The notes under the pieces are model-generated. The model was not told where the DNA came from and made no database searches. It saw only the letters and a program-made list of their open reading frames with translations. This document shows positions 26,759 to 40,689 of a stretch of 64,000 bases of DNA, in pieces. Source of the stretch: Eledone cirrhosa (Eukaryota); NCBI GenBank assembly GCA_964016885.1, contig OZ024742.1, positions 221,960,001 through 222,024,000 on the forward strand. The letters run 5' to 3'. The position numbers and the translations under genes were made by a program. Numbering within the stretch: the first letter of the stretch is position 1; each line of letters opens with the position of its first letter.

Positions 26759-29072
26759 CAAGCATGTCAAACATGCGGCGCTTTGCAAGCACACCTCCAG
26801 CCCCCACAAAGGTTTTTACAACGTGAGCATGTTTTATCTTCGTAATATAAAATAATAAAAAAATTCGATACGATTGTTTGTTTTTTTTTTGTGTGATTTT
26901 TGTCAACTACTTTTAACTTCCGACGAATCACGCGCAGCTCATTAACAATTGTAAACAAAATTTTCTTTCCAAATTTCAGAAGTTTTTTCTTTTAAAATGG
27001 CTAGTGCTCCTCCAGCTAAGAGAAAAAGGAAATTCAACGAAGAAGGGAATTAAAGTAGTTTTGCACAACGGTGAACGGAAAGATACACTGTTTAATTTGC
27101 AACAACTGCATCTCCACGCCAAAAGAGTACAATTTGAAAAGGCATCATGAAACTAACCATCGATCTTACGATAAATATGAAGGCCCAATGCATGTTTCAA
27201 GTCTCAAGGAATTGAAGTCTAACTTGACACAGTAACAGACCTGTTTTATGAACATTCAGGAAGAGAATGTCGCTTCCGTTACTGCAAGCTATGAACTCAG
27301 TCGAGGAGATTTTGTAAAGCAATGCCTTGTAAAATCAGCTGAAATTGTATGTCCAGCGAAGACACAGTTATTCAAAGACATTTCATTCACCAGGAATACT
27401 TACTGAACGGATTGATGAAATGTCAGGTGATCTGAAACAACAGTTGAAGGCTGTATCATCAAGGTTTGAACATTTTTCTATTGCTATTGATGAGACCGTT
27501 GATATCACTAGAATAGCACAGGTTGCCTGTGGCAGTGAATTTAATAGTTATGAAGAACCAATTGAACTGGTCTCCATGCATGACACTATAACAAGCCAGG
27601 ACATCTTTGAGAAGGTCGAGCAGGTTCTGCATGACTATGGTTTTGATTTGAGTAAACTTGCATGCTTATCTACTCACGGTGCTGCGAATATGGTTGGTAG
27701 ACATAATGGTGTTGTTGCCAAGTTACGAACAAAAATAGAAAACTCGCCTCCAGATTCATCACTTGCACATTTTCACTGTATTATTCATCAGCAAAATTTG
27801 TGTTCAAAGATTTTAAAATTGCATCATGTGCTTAGCTTGGTCACAAAGAGAGTGAACTATATCAGACGCCGTGCTCTCAACCGCCGCCAGTTCAGCCAGT
27901 TGTTGGAAGATATGGATAATCACTTCACCGATGTTTCATTCTACACAGAAGTCTGCTGGTTGTCATGTCACAAAGTGCTGAAAAGATTCTATTTGTTGAG
28001 ACAAGAAATAATTATATTTTTGGAGACGAAAGGTCAAAACACAGATTAAATAAAAGATGAAAGTTGGCTCCAAGATCTGTCTTTTGCTGTGGATATTATT
28101 GCACCATTAATTGATCTTAATCTGAAATTACAAGGTAGAAACAAACTCATCCCTCAAGTGCTTCATTAGAAAACTAAGCTTATGAAAGTCACAGTTGTGA
28201 AATGAAAATTTAGCTCATTTTCGTACGTGCAAACTACTGAAAAATACTGCCAATACTGATTCCGTACTTAGCTTTGCTAAGTATGACAGTCACCTGGAAT
28301 TGTTGTCAAAGGAATTTCAGGAAAGATTTTGTGATTTCTCATCTTTTAAACATCAGTTTGCATTATTCTCAGCACCATTCACCCTTGATATTGCCAAGGC
28401 AGAAGAAAGCCTGCAGATGGAACTATTGGGAATGCAGTCAGATTCTACACTCAGAGTAAAGTATCTTGAAGTGGGGATACCTGGTTTCTTTTCATACCTT
28501 CTTCAAAAGTTTAAAAACTTCAGAAAGTTAACCACAAAGATTATGGTAATGTTTGGTTCTACCTATGTGTATGAACAGTTATTTTCCTTCATGAAATTAA
28601 CAAAATCTTCTCAGAGAACAAGGCTGACTAATCAACACTTGTCATCTCTTATCAAAGTCGGAACTGTACAGACATTTCAGTCAGACATACCAAAAATTGT
28701 CAACAAAAAAGGTGTCGAGCTTCAGGACAAAACACTAAAAATTGTTGAATAGTAGCAAATAAATGTTCAGTTTTGAACTGTTATAATTTTTATACAATAT
28801 ATTTGTTGCTGTTGCAAGCTGCAAGTATATGTTGCCATTTAAAATCTTAGTTTTTTGTCAAACACTTCATTACTTTGTATTCATGAATGCTGCTAAAACA
28901 TTTGTATGTACATTGTATGTTTCTAAATTTAAGTAACAAATTTTTCTGCAATAACTTTTATTAAATGACTTTAATTAGTTGTAATGTGCACAATTAGTTG
29001 TCGTGTGCGGCCCTCAGACAACACATATGAGACCCATGCAGCCCTTGGGGCACCCTCAGTTTGACATGCCTG
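26759..29072 (+). mobile_element. hAT DNA transposon (Buster/Charlie/SPIN-like), full-length but decayed
   Basis: TIRs CAAGCATGTCAAAC / GTTTGACATGCCTG; 8-bp flanks ATCTAGAC and CTTTAGGC resemble the nTCTAGAn target consensus. Confidence 0.88.
26997..28752 (+). pseudogene. hAT transposase pseudogene (GTF2IRD2/SPIN-like)
   Basis: N-terminal CLIC..KRHHETNH BED-like finger, FSIAIDET, HCIIHQQNLC, FGSTYVYEQLFS dimerisation motif; stops and frameshifts. Confidence 0.88.
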
Positions 29073-30494
29073 CTTTAGGCAGTAGTGATGAAGATAACTT
29101 CAATAAATGATAAAATACATTACTTATGATCCTGGTTTCTTTTATTTTCTCTCAAAATCGAAAAACGGTCATAACGTTTGAATCAGAATTGAAAAACTAC
29201 CAAACTATAGTTAATTCTACTCATCAAAGCTATATTTATCTGCCAATAATATCAAAGCATTGTGTTAAAAAAACGGCCTCAATGTTGTCACGGACTGTAA
29301 AGAAAATTAACCTGATAGTGAGATTTGAAACCCTCTAAATGGAAAAGGATGAATATTGACATCAATAGTCATTTTTTTCCATTTAGAGGGTTTTAAACCC
29401 CACTATCAAGCTAATTTTCTTTAGCCAAAATACGGTGAAAGCTTCTATTTCTAACTCAATTTCAAACATCGCTCGCTGTGTTCAACACAAAACGCTATAT
29501 ATATAACTACTACCACCTCTGTTAGCCAACTAACAGAGAACGAAGGACAGCCTGGGACAGAAACATGAACTCTCCTCTCTAAATATGTATGTAAAAACTA
29601 ATAATTTTTCTTCCCAATTTAATTATTATTTGTATAAATATTCAACTTAGCTGCACTTTGCACATCCGCCGTTGAAAAAGCATATAATGCTGAAACCGGT
29701 GCCACTATTAAATGCGGAAATACCCACTTTATTATTAAATGTTTTGATATACTGAACAAACGCCTCCAGCATTTTAAACTGAATTTTTTCCTTTTTACTA
29801 GCTGTTTATATATATCAACTCGTGTGTTACTTTTCTACATTCCATATATATATATATATTTTTTTTGAACTGTTATAATTTTTATACAATATATTTGTTG
29901 CTGTTGCAAGCTGCAAGTATATGTTGCCATTTAAAATCTTAGTTACACACACATACACACACACACACATATATATATAGGTGTACATGTGTATGTGTGT
30001 GTGCGTGTGTATGTATGTGTATGTAAACATGTATTTTTAAAATCAGTGTGAATAATTACAATAGCTTATAAAACAACAAAACTAACACCCGACAAATTAT
30101 TCCATGTAAAGTACTAACATTGCTCTAGATGACTGGCTTCTGACAATGGAAGTAAAATAGTTGTTGTGCGTGTAATGGAGGGTTAAAATAACACCCGAAC
30201 AGACTTTGTGTTTACATTGTTTGCAATATTGGTAGCAGAAAGAAAGTGTCAGAAAAAAAAAAAGAAAGACGGGAAAAAACATTAAACCCTGCCGAGAATA
30301 GCGAGAGGAAGAACTGTAGAGTAAGATGAAGCTAAAACAAAATCGTACATTGTTTTAACCTCCAGACTAATGACAGCAAGATCTAGTGCGAAATATTTCT
30401 ACTAAGGTGTTGTTTTTTGTTGTTATTGTTGCTATTGCTATTAATGTTGCTGTTGTTGTATGTAGTTATAACATCTCTCTCTCTCTCTCTCTGT

Positions 30495-30535
<41 letters not shown>

Positions 30536-30741
30536 CACGCACACAGAGAAATGTGTGTGTATGGACTTAAACAGTCGAGAGAATGAGTACTCAATATCAT
30601 AATATAATATAATCTTTATTAAGGCCAAGCTTCAGGTTTATTACTCGGGTGTGTTATCTGTGTACTCACAGGCTTATCATTTCTGATGATCCTTATTAAA
30701 GACACACACACATAAACACACTCTCTCTCTCTCCCTCTCTC

Positions 30742-30810
30742 TACTACCCTAAGTATTGAGTACTTTGGTGCGTTATGGTCCACCTGGTTCCTTACCACAT
30801 TTCATTCGTT
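30742..30810 (+). mobile_element. Short TA-embedded repeat family (CCCTAAGTATTGAGTACTCTGGTGCGTTATGGTCC)
   Basis: Also at 33833-34070, 34270-34400, 37795-37850, 42025-42090, 44340-44503, 62680-62812, 63057-63263; often folded back. Confidence 0.6.
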
Positions 30811-30845
<35 letters not shown>

Positions 30846-30913
30846 ATGTTTAATATAGAAATGGCTTCTACAGGACTAGAACTGTTTCATTCGAAGGAAA
30901 TCATCAGGACTTT

Positions 30914-30970
<57 letters not shown>

Positions 30971-31003
30971 TATATATAGATAGATAGATAGATAGATAGA
31001 TAT

Positions 31004-31204
31004 ATTTCTTTATTAGCCACAGGGGCACAAAAGAAGGGGACAAATACAAAGGGGGAAGTTTACATACAATAAAAACGTGTAAAATGTTATCACAGATGGA
31101 ATTTAAAAGTTAGTCGATTTTCCCCAATAGAGGGAGACAGTTTATATGGGTAACACAGACCCCCGAAAAAAATGTGCAACCCTCATCTCCAGGAGTACGA
31201 AGAG
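31004..31204 (-). mobile_element. Tx1-type LINE 3' tail, subfamily B
   Basis: Near-identical to 16637-16835; (GATA)n on both sides. Confidence 0.85.
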
Positions 31205-31261
31205 ATAGATAGATAGATAGATAGATAGACAGATAGATAGATAGATAGATATATATATATT

Positions 31262-31693
31262 GTTATACTTTGGGAGGGTCATGTTGCCAATAAGAAACAC
31301 ACGCACCAGTTGCTTTCACTTCAATTTATTATAAATTAAATTTATAAATTTAGGAATTTATAAATTTCCCGTTGGTTGGTTGGTTCCACAACCAGACGAT
31401 TGTTCATATATTGTTAAAGTTCTTTCGTCACACATTCTGTGACCTCTTCAGTGACTGGGGATTCTTTTCTTTGTTTTTGTGCCTCTCCTTTGTTCTGTCC
31501 TACGCAATCTTGTTTTTTTGTGTGTGTTGTGTGGTTAGTTTGCGCATGTGTTACATCCGGGTGTCTGTGTGTGTTTATATTTGTTTATTTATTTGTTTAT
31601 TTACATGTTACTAGTTGGTTGTTTGTTCTATGTGTGCGTGTGTGTTTTCATTTTGTCCTTAATTGTAAGTTGTGATGTTGCTATTCAGAAACG

Positions 31694-31695
<2 letters not shown>
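31262..31695 (-). mobile_element. PLE terminal-repeat-like fragment with hammerhead-like core
   Basis: Shares the TTGGGAGGGTCAT terminus with the PLE at 61050; minus strand 31422-31451 reads CTGAAGA-GGTCAC(AGAATGT)GTGAC-GAAAG. Confidence 0.55.
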
Positions 31696-31774
<79 letters not shown>

Positions 31775-32585
31775 AAATGGAACGGGAACAAAACAGTGAG
31801 GCAGTACAAACAGAGGTTTATTAGTTTCACGCTCTTGAGTGTGTGTGTGTGGGGGGGGGGGTATATATGTATAATTAAGCGTGTAAGCTATGTCCGGTGG
31901 TTACTAAAATAAATTCGGTGAACTCCGTAATCTATATATCATTTACTCCTATGCATGGATTGTATTTGCCTCCTGTGTAAGGTTCAAAGATTTGTACACT
32001 TTTTTAAATATATTAATTATATATTAAATATTGATTGTTCGATTTTTTATTGCAAATCAGCCCTTGCATATGTCTATATATTTCTCTCTATATATATATA
32101 TGATTGGGTATTTTGAAATGAATGATGGAATTCTTTTTTGGTGCGAATTCTAGTTGTTTAAGTTCTACCAACCAATCAGTGTTCTTTCGACGATTGTCTA
32201 CCACAATTGTGGAGGCCCCTTGATAACACAATAGTGAACTGCTAGAATCGGGAAGATAATCGTCTACACCCTATAGATCGATATGTTATTGTCGAGCTGA
32301 TGAGCCATAATTTGCCAGGATTACGTAACATTTATCGACGTTACGCAGTACTCTGGATTTAACGTTTCTAATAACTGTTATAGGCAGATGATTGCAATGA
32401 AACTGAATTTTGTACAGGAGATAGACCAGTGTAACCAATACCTGGTAACTGCCATAACACCCGCTAACTAATTGCGTTCGTTCTACAATGCAACGAGCAA
32501 CCTATCAACTGCACACTTGTTATTTCATCGAACACGTGAACTACGGCCAGTAGTCACTAAAATAAATTGGGTGAACTCCTTTATC

Positions 32586-32626
<41 letters not shown>

Positions 32627-32783
32627 ACATAGTCTGTGGTACTGGGGCCGTAAAGGCCACAAATGGTATGATGCAGAGTGGTTATATTAGTAAAACTAGA
32701 GGATATACCGCTAGGTAAATAGCCGAAACTAGCCACTGTGCTCGTGGTAGATCTCCTACTTTTACTAATATATATATATATAT

Positions 32784-32861
32784 ACAGGGTGCCCGGCAAA
32801 ATGTATACACACTTTGATTAGAATGCTTTTGAAGTGTATATACATTTTTGGGGGACACCCT
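32784..32861. mobile_element. ~80-bp mini-MITE
   Basis: TA-CAGGGTG...CACCCTG-TA with internal inverted AAAATGTATA. Confidence 0.7.
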
Positions 32862-32924
32862 GTATATGTATTCGTGAGGGAATAATAATAATATTATAGT
32901 AATATTATTAATATTCGGTTCGTA

Positions 32925-33500
32925 CACTTTAGAGAATACTATATATTTATAACAGTTCCAGAGTGTTGCAGAAGGGAGACAAATACATTATCTTGATAAG
33001 GGCCAATAATCCCGAAACAATTGCGGATTGTTTTTCTCTCTGCTACCTCTTGAACAAAAGGATGACGTTGACGTTAGTCCTCTTGAACACATGGTGTAAT
33101 GAGGCTGTTTGCTTGCAAATGAACTGAATATTAATAATATTATAATAATATTATTATTCACTTACGAATGCATTTACGTATTTAGTATGTTAGAGCAAAA
33201 ACAAATTTTGTTTTGAACTTTCGGCAAATCCAGCCGATAATTCGCTCGGTATGCAAATCATGCTAAACAGTCGATGTATAATTTAGAGAATATTATATAT
33301 TCTCAACAGTTCCAGGGTATAGCAGAAGGGAGAGAAATACACAATCTTGATAAGGGGGAATAATCCTGAAACAATTGTAGAATGTTCTTCTCTCTGCTAC
33401 CGCTTGAACAAGACGATGGTGTTAGTCGTCTTGAACACATGGTGTATTGAGGCTGTTTGCTTGCAAACGAACTGAATATTAATAATATCATTATAATGTT
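32925..33500 (+). repeat. Tandem diverged ~230-bp duplicates, each carrying a hammerhead-like motif
   Basis: ~32925-33160 and ~33280-33500. 33341-33386 reads ACAATC-TTGATAA-GGGG(GAATAA)TCCT-GAAA-CAATTG-TA-GAATGT. Confidence 0.65.
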
Positions 33501-33520
33501 ACTATTATTGACTCACGTAT

Positions 33521-33627
<107 letters not shown>

Positions 33628-33776
33628 AATATATATATATAATTGAATATACAAGAGAGATAAACAAATATAAACATATATGTGTTCGAATTATATTATA
33701 TATTACACGGCTCAGAAAAACTTCTTTCTTGGAGCTATTTAATTGTAAGAGACTATTTTGAGTTTCTAACTCAATA

Positions 33777-33833
<57 letters not shown>

Positions 33834-34111
33834 GGAAAAGGTATGACCCCGACGGCAGAGCTCAAGCCGTTACGACGGCTATTTCTGGACTAGTCCAGAA
33901 ATAGCCGTTTCGACGGGTATTTCTTGGCTAGTCCAGAAATAGCCGTCGAAACGGCTTGAGCTCTGTCGTCGGGGTCATACCTTTTCCTATTACCTACTCT
34001 ACTATCCTAAGCATTGAGTACTCTGGTGCGTTATGGTCCATCTGGTTCCTTACCACAATTCCTTCGTTTTATATATATATATATATATGATTTTTTATTT
34101 TTTGATACCCA

Positions 34112-34160
34112 GATTCCTGATGATTTCTAATGAATGAAACAGTTCTAGTCCTGTAGAATC
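34112..34160 (+). ncRNA. Type-I hammerhead motif
   Basis: GATTC-CTGATGA-TTTC(TAAT)GAAT-GAAA-CAG(TTCTAGTC)CTG-TA-GAATC; related copy on the minus strand at ~30865-30912. Confidence 0.7.
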
Positions 34161-34725
34161 TCATGTATACTAAAACTTTTATACTCTGCTATGTATTGAG
34201 TACCTTACTTACTGTGGTTACCTCCGATTCAACCCGGAATAACGTATATATATATATATATATATATATAGGAAAAAAGTCAGGACCCCGACGGCTGAGC
34301 GCCGGCCGTTTCGACAGCTAGATCCTATTACCCACGCCACTACCCTAAGTATTGAGTACTCTGGTGCGTTATGGTCCAACTGGCTCCTTACCACACTTTC
34401 TTTATTATATATATATGTGTGTGTATGTGTGTGTGTGCGTGGGGGGGGGGGGGGGAGGTTCTATAGAACTTAAACCATTCAAGCATTAATTGAATGAACA
34501 ATTGGAAGTAGAGTGTAAATTTTATTTTCTTAGCAGAAACGTCTCTGTTGCTTGGGGGGGGGGGGGGGGTATCAACTTCGTCGCTCGCTTCATACACACA
34601 GATGTATATATACATATATATACATATATATATACATATATGTATGTATATATATATATGTGTGTTTGAAGACACAGGACTTCATAAGGGACACTTCCAA
34701 CTGTATTTCTTGCTTGATAGAGAGA

Positions 34726-34835
34726 TTATTCCTCGGTAATTATCGTTGTGGAATTAGTTACCATGGTATCATCATAGTCCCTGGACAGTTTCCGAAATTG
34801 GTCAAAGAACTCGCTTTGGTTAACGTAGCCATCAC
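34726..34835 (-). CDS. EF-hand protein, terminal coding exon
   Basis: (CTT)n-CAG acceptor; phase-1 join gives FDKD|[36 protein letters not shown], a canonical EF loop. Confidence 0.85.
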
Positions 34836-34995
34836 CTGAAGAAGAAGAAGAAGAAGAAGAAGAAGAAGAAGAAACATATACATACATTACACACACAAAC
34901 ACATAGATGCATTTGTATGTACATACACACACTCACACACACTCGCACACACACGCACACGCGCACACACACACACATATATATATACATATATA

Positions 34996-35074
<79 letters not shown>

Positions 35075-35189
35075 GTATATATATATATATATGATTCCGC
35101 TTGTCCGTTTAACTCCGATTTTCCAATCTCATGCGTTCTGTCTATATATAGAGACAGAACGCAATACACACACACACACACACACACAC

Positions 35190-35318
<129 letters not shown>

Positions 35319-36495
35319 AACCTGTTAGTAGTCTATTTTGTAGCATACCCGGTAGTAGTCGGGCTATATCCATTCTAGACTAAACTGTAAACATGGACAT
35401 ATATTTAGTACTTTTAGTAAGTCGGAAGTATCTCAGATTACCTACAGAGAAATCTTGTTTATATTTAACTGAAATCCGTACAATTGAAAGTCGATTCCGA
35501 TTGTTCCGATAAATATCTCGTTTTACGGAATGTTGGCAGCTTTTATGACTTGGTGAAATGGCTTTGTTAAATCACAGTGATGGTTTAGCAGAGAAAAACA
35601 AGTTTATTAATTCAAATGTTTATAGCAGTCATGGGTTTAGATTGTACCTGTAATTAAAAGGGTCAACCTTTCATATACTGTGTCACCCTGGATCTCCCTG
35701 AGAACCACATTATGGGTACACATGTCTGTGTGATGCTCAGCCACTTACACAATAATACAAGATGGACTGATTCGGTAACTTATAGAGCGGCCCTTGTCAT
35801 ATTCGGTGTTCAGCTGAATCTCCCTGAGAACTACATTATGGGTACACAAGTCGATGAGATGCTCAGCCACTTACACAATAATTGTTTATACGTTTGGCAC
35901 AAGGCCAGCAATTATACCAGTGCATCCATAAGGATGAAAGGCAGTTAACCTCGGCTGGATTTGAACTCAGACCATAAAGGGTCGTAACTCTATGCTGCAA
36001 AGCATGGCGTCCAACCTTCTACTTATACTGCCAATCAACCACAAAATGGATTGTATCGGAAACTCATAGAGCTGCCCTTGTCATATATAGTGTCACGCTG
36101 AATCTTCCTGAGAATGACATTAAGGACACCCTTGTCTGTGAGATGCTCAGCCACCTACGAAATAATACAAGACGGACTGTACCTGTAATTCCAAGGGTCA
36201 GCCTTGTCACACACTCTTCCTTAATATTACATTGGGGGTACACGCGTCTGTAGAATTTTCAACCACTTACACATTAATGTCACGAGCAAGCTGTTTCGTT
36301 GATCGAATCAACCTGAACACTCGTCGTCGAAACCGACGGTGGTCCACTGAAGCACTATACAGAAAGTCAAGTATCTATTTCTCCTTGACTCATAATGTTT
36401 TACTTTGTATTACAATCTATTACAACTTAACAACGGATTCTTTCTTCTGTCGCCTCTTCAGTAGAAAACACGAGCAGAATATTCCTGCTTCGTCT

Positions 36496-36617
36496 TCATA
36501 ATAATTCAAAAGACTTATTATCCATGGAAGACGACAAAATCAACTCAACCAACACTCCACAATCAGAAGCCATTTTAAAACCGCTTTTGAACTTCAACTC
36601 ACTGGATTTATAATTTC
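36496..36617 (-). CDS. Candidate alternative or degenerate terminal exon of the EF-hand gene
   Basis: CTTTCTGTTACAG acceptor; same phase; gives FDKD|GNYKSSELKFKSGFKM...ELL* with Phe residues in EF-hand register. Confidence 0.4.
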
Positions 36618-37148
36618 CTGTAACAGAAAGTTATGACAAGGAATTTGAAATCCATCAAAGAAGCCAAATTCTAAGCGGCTTTTCAATATAGAGAATCTTA
36701 ATTTAAACTTCATTACAGCACTGTATATGATAGTATTGCCACGAAATGTTTTAAGCATGGTTCTATTCATAAAGTATTTCTGGCTTCGTTCATATGTCTT
36801 ATATTTGTCATGTTCTTAACAGTATTAGTGATTATTCCATAATGAAAAGAGACCTCTATGTGGTCGCTTGACCTACTATAAATAGTAATCAAATCTTCTA
36901 ATCACATCCTATGCGTCTGTGAGTCTGTATATATATATATATGTACGTATATATGCATGTATGTATGTATGTATGTATGTATGTATGTATGTATGTATGT
37001 ATGTATGTATGTATGTATGTATGTGTGTATGCATGCATGTATGGAGGTGTGTGTGTATGTATGTACGTGTGTGTGTGTGCAAAACAATAAAATAAACTTA
37101 TACATAAATTTATACATAGACATATATATAACTATATATATATAAAAA

Positions 37149-37221
<73 letters not shown>

Positions 37222-37224
37222 ATA

Positions 37225-37507
37225 TATCTTGGTTAAGAGAGTGGGACTGGCTTTGTGCAGTGCCTTTGCTCACTATAAAAGCTTCACGGCACAGGCATTG
37301 CTTTATATCTGGAGATCTCTCTGCACTTGTCGTCACATGGTACCATGGGCCCAGCACTATGTGTCAATAATTGTCACAAGTGTAGTGTTTGTACCAGAGT
37401 TTTCAAGTCGCTGGCTGGACTAAAGTCACACTCGTTCAGCGCATCGGTAGGGGTTCTCCTACATGGATATAAAGTAGTGGCCGTACTCGAAAACGAGTTG
37501 GCAGCCA

Positions 37508-37510
<3 letters not shown>
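37225..37510 (+). mobile_element. RTE-like element, 3' part
   Basis: 5'-truncated copy of 50650-51222; encodes CSVCTRVFKSLAGLKSH. Confidence 0.65.
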
Positions 37511-37581
<71 letters not shown>

Positions 37582-37850
37582 CATATATGTATATATATAT
37601 ATAATATTATATATATATATATAGTATATACGCACTTTTCTTTATAAACACTAACACATTTTCTTTAATCAACATTTGATTTCCATGACATCAGTTATTT
37701 TCTGTTTTTGGTTTACCATTTCTGCTTGTAAATGGCTCGTTTAGTCCTGCTAAATGTCATGTATATAGTTTATTACCTTCTTGGCGGCGGGGGACTAAGT
37801 ATCGAGTACTCTGGTGGGTTATGGTCTACCTGCTACCTTACCACACCCTT

Positions 37851-37895
<45 letters not shown>

Positions 37896-38095
37896 GAGTC
37901 GATCGACTTTTATCAGAGCGGACCGAGGAAACAATGCTTCCGTTGGTCTTTCCAATTGCTAATACTATATATCGGTCGCAACTCCAGGTAGAAGGAGCAA
38001 CGTGAAATAAAGTGTCTTGTTCAAGGACATAATGCATCACGCGGTCCGTGAATGCGTTATGTCCTTGAGCAAGACAATTTATTTCACGTTGCTCC

Positions 38096-38176
<81 letters not shown>

Positions 38177-38177
<1 letters not shown>

Positions 38178-38607
38178 GAGGTTGAGAGGACTGAGGACAG
38201 ATGCCTTTCTCTCCGGACAACAATTGATTCCCTTCTATAAGTATCACTTTAGAAGGAGAATCAGGGTGGAGAGAGAGGCACTGCAGCCCAGTAAATTTAC
38301 TGAAAGGTAGGTGAATGAAGCGAAAATGGCCCGAGTGATTGGGCCTTCTCTGTTTATAAGCCTGTAGGTTGAGGAAGAGAGCAAAAGGAAGAAAGGAGCA
38401 CTTGCACAACACGCTCCTGGAGTTGAAGGTTGTTCTATCGACGGGGTATTAAACAACCCATTTGTGGCGCCTCCCCCCTATTGGGATTTCGATTGTTGTA
38501 ATTGTAATTGTTTGTTTTTATATTTTTTACACGACTGTATGTAAAATCCCCGGCATGTCTTTGTATTGTCCCCTTTTCTTGTGCGCCCTTGTGGCTAATA
38601 AATAAAT
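38177..38607 (+). mobile_element. Tx1-type LINE 3' fragment, subfamily A
   Basis: LRLRGLRTDAFLSGQQLIPF...; (TATC)n on both sides. Confidence 0.85.
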
Positions 38608-38629
38608 CTATATATCTATCTATCTATCT

Positions 38630-39114
38630 AGGAGAGGCGGTTTTCCTTTGTGTGATAGCTATGGCGAAAGAGGTTGTATGGTGGACAAGGTTGAAAGGGC
38701 TGAGGTCAGACACCTTTCTTTCCGGCCAACAACTGATTCTTTTTTTCAAATACCATTTTGGAAGAAGAATCAGGATGGAGAGAGAGGTGCTGTACCCCAG
38801 CAAGTTTTATGAAAGGTGGGTGAAAGTGGCGACAATGGCCCAAGTGAATGGGCCTTCTCTCTATATCAGCCTGTAGGTTGAGGAAAAGGAGGAGGAGAGG
38901 AAAGGAGTACAAACTCTTCGTACTCCTGGAGTTGAGGGTTGCACAATTTTTCGGGGGTATGTGTTACCCATATGAACTGTCTCCCCCTATTGGGGAAAAT
39001 CGACTAACTTTTAAAATTGCATTTGTGATAACATTTTACACGTTTTTATTGTATGTAAACTTCCCCCTTTGTATTTGTCCCCTTCTTTTGTGCCCCTGTG
39101 GCTAATAAAGAAAC
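38630..39114 (+). mobile_element. Tx1-type LINE 3' fragment, subfamily B
   Basis: GEAVFLCVIAMAKEVVWWTRLKG...; TATC on both sides. Confidence 0.85.
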
Positions 39115-39186
39115 ATATCTATCTATCTAGCTCTCTCTCTCTCTCTCTCTCTCTCAATATATATATATATATATAAGTTGTGTATT

Positions 39187-39250
<64 letters not shown>

Positions 39251-39506
39251 GGTGGGACGAGTTATGGCGTACAGTTATTTATTACAACTGTCAAATCCGG
39301 CGTGTGTTTGTGTGTGTGTGTGAGAGAGAGAGAGTGTGTGTGTGTCTGTACACACACACATACATACATTCATATATACACAATCCACAAACATAAAATT
39401 GTAAAAGTTCGGAGAAGAAATCGAATAGTATTTATCATTCCGTCTATAAAACGACTGGTTATTTACTTGTATAAAACAATGTAATAACTTGTAAAGTAAT
39501 ACAAAC

Positions 39507-39674
39507 CATCTTTATCAAAAAACTTTTCTGAAGCCTTTAAATCTGGGTCCGTAGTAATCATTCGATCAGAATTGATATCAATATTGTACAAAAACACCAG
39601 CGCATCTTTGATGGAGCCATATTTGTCCTTATTGAACTTAGTTAGAAATTCTTCGGTACTAATTACTTGGTCAT
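39507..39674 (-). CDS. EF-hand protein, internal exon (168 nt, phase 1/1)
   Basis: TTTTCTCTTACAG acceptor, GTTTGT donor; (N)DQVISTEEF...IDINSDRMITTDPDLKASEKFFDKD(G). Confidence 0.88.
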
Positions 39675-40554
39675 CTGTAAGAGAAAAGGTAAATAAAAAG
39701 CCATGAATTCCTGAAGGAATCGTAAATGGCGCCGTCCTGACACACATAATGTCATTGAGGGGGTCATCCCTCGCCAGATCAGAACACAGCCGGCTTCTCC
39801 CAGAGAGGGAAATAACGAGAATCAGAGAGAAATATATACTATATACTATATATCTGTTTATTATAGTTCGATTTATTTACTAATTGTTTGCAATTATGTA
39901 TTTGCTTTCTTTATGGAAGCCCTGGTTCAGTGCTTCATGGTCCGTTTTCATTTTTTTCAATTTGAATACGTGCCATCATGTCCTCTGTGAATAGTCAGAA
40001 CTAGCTTACCTTCGCTGAGTTTAGTTTACTAATGCAATGGCTGAAGTACACCAGAGCAGTGAGTTGGTAGCTGATCTGTTCCAGTAGGGATAATTCCTCG
40101 CTGATGAACTTACTTGTAGCCAATTACGTAATGCTTAATAGCATTATCTAATTTCTGTGAACTGTAGTTCCATTTGGACTGTAGTTAGCAGATGTATTTG
40201 CAGAAACTAATGCATTGGTCAGGGCAGGAAAATAAAATATTCTACCCACACGTAATCGTTTTTCTCACTAATTAACGTATAAGTGTCCACACTAATTTCC
40301 TTGGGTTGATGTCTTAATGATATTGACTTAATTACATTATTGAGTTAGTGGGAAAACGACCGAAAGTGTATTGATCCTATTCGACAGCTTTGTTTCAGTA
40401 TTATATAGCAGAGAAGGATTGACAGAGAAATTAACCTTCTTCTCTGAATGAACATGTATGTGAAAATTAATTTTTCTTCCCCTCTCTATTTTTATTATTA
40501 TTATTATTTTCACTATTTATACAAATATGCAACTTAACAATATTCTGCATATCC

Positions 40555-40592
40555 GCAATTGATAATGCATTTAATGCTGAAACCGGTATTGT
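40555..40592 (+). ncRNA. Minimal hammerhead motif (U3-A8 core)
   Basis: GCAA-TTGATAA-TGCA(TTTAA)TGCT-GAAA-CCGG-TA-TTGT; degenerate paralog at ~29668-29704. Confidence 0.6.
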
Positions 40593-40689
40593 AAATAAAT
40601 TAATGTTTTGATATTTCACTGATTAAATCTCTTCAACATTTTCTACTGAAAAAATTGTTTTCCTTTCTATTATTTGTTTATATATATAA

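Noticed and set aside
27345-28752. Host GTF2IRD2/ZBED-like gene
   Set aside because: Bounded by TIRs and broken by stops and frameshifts, so it is a transposon fossil.
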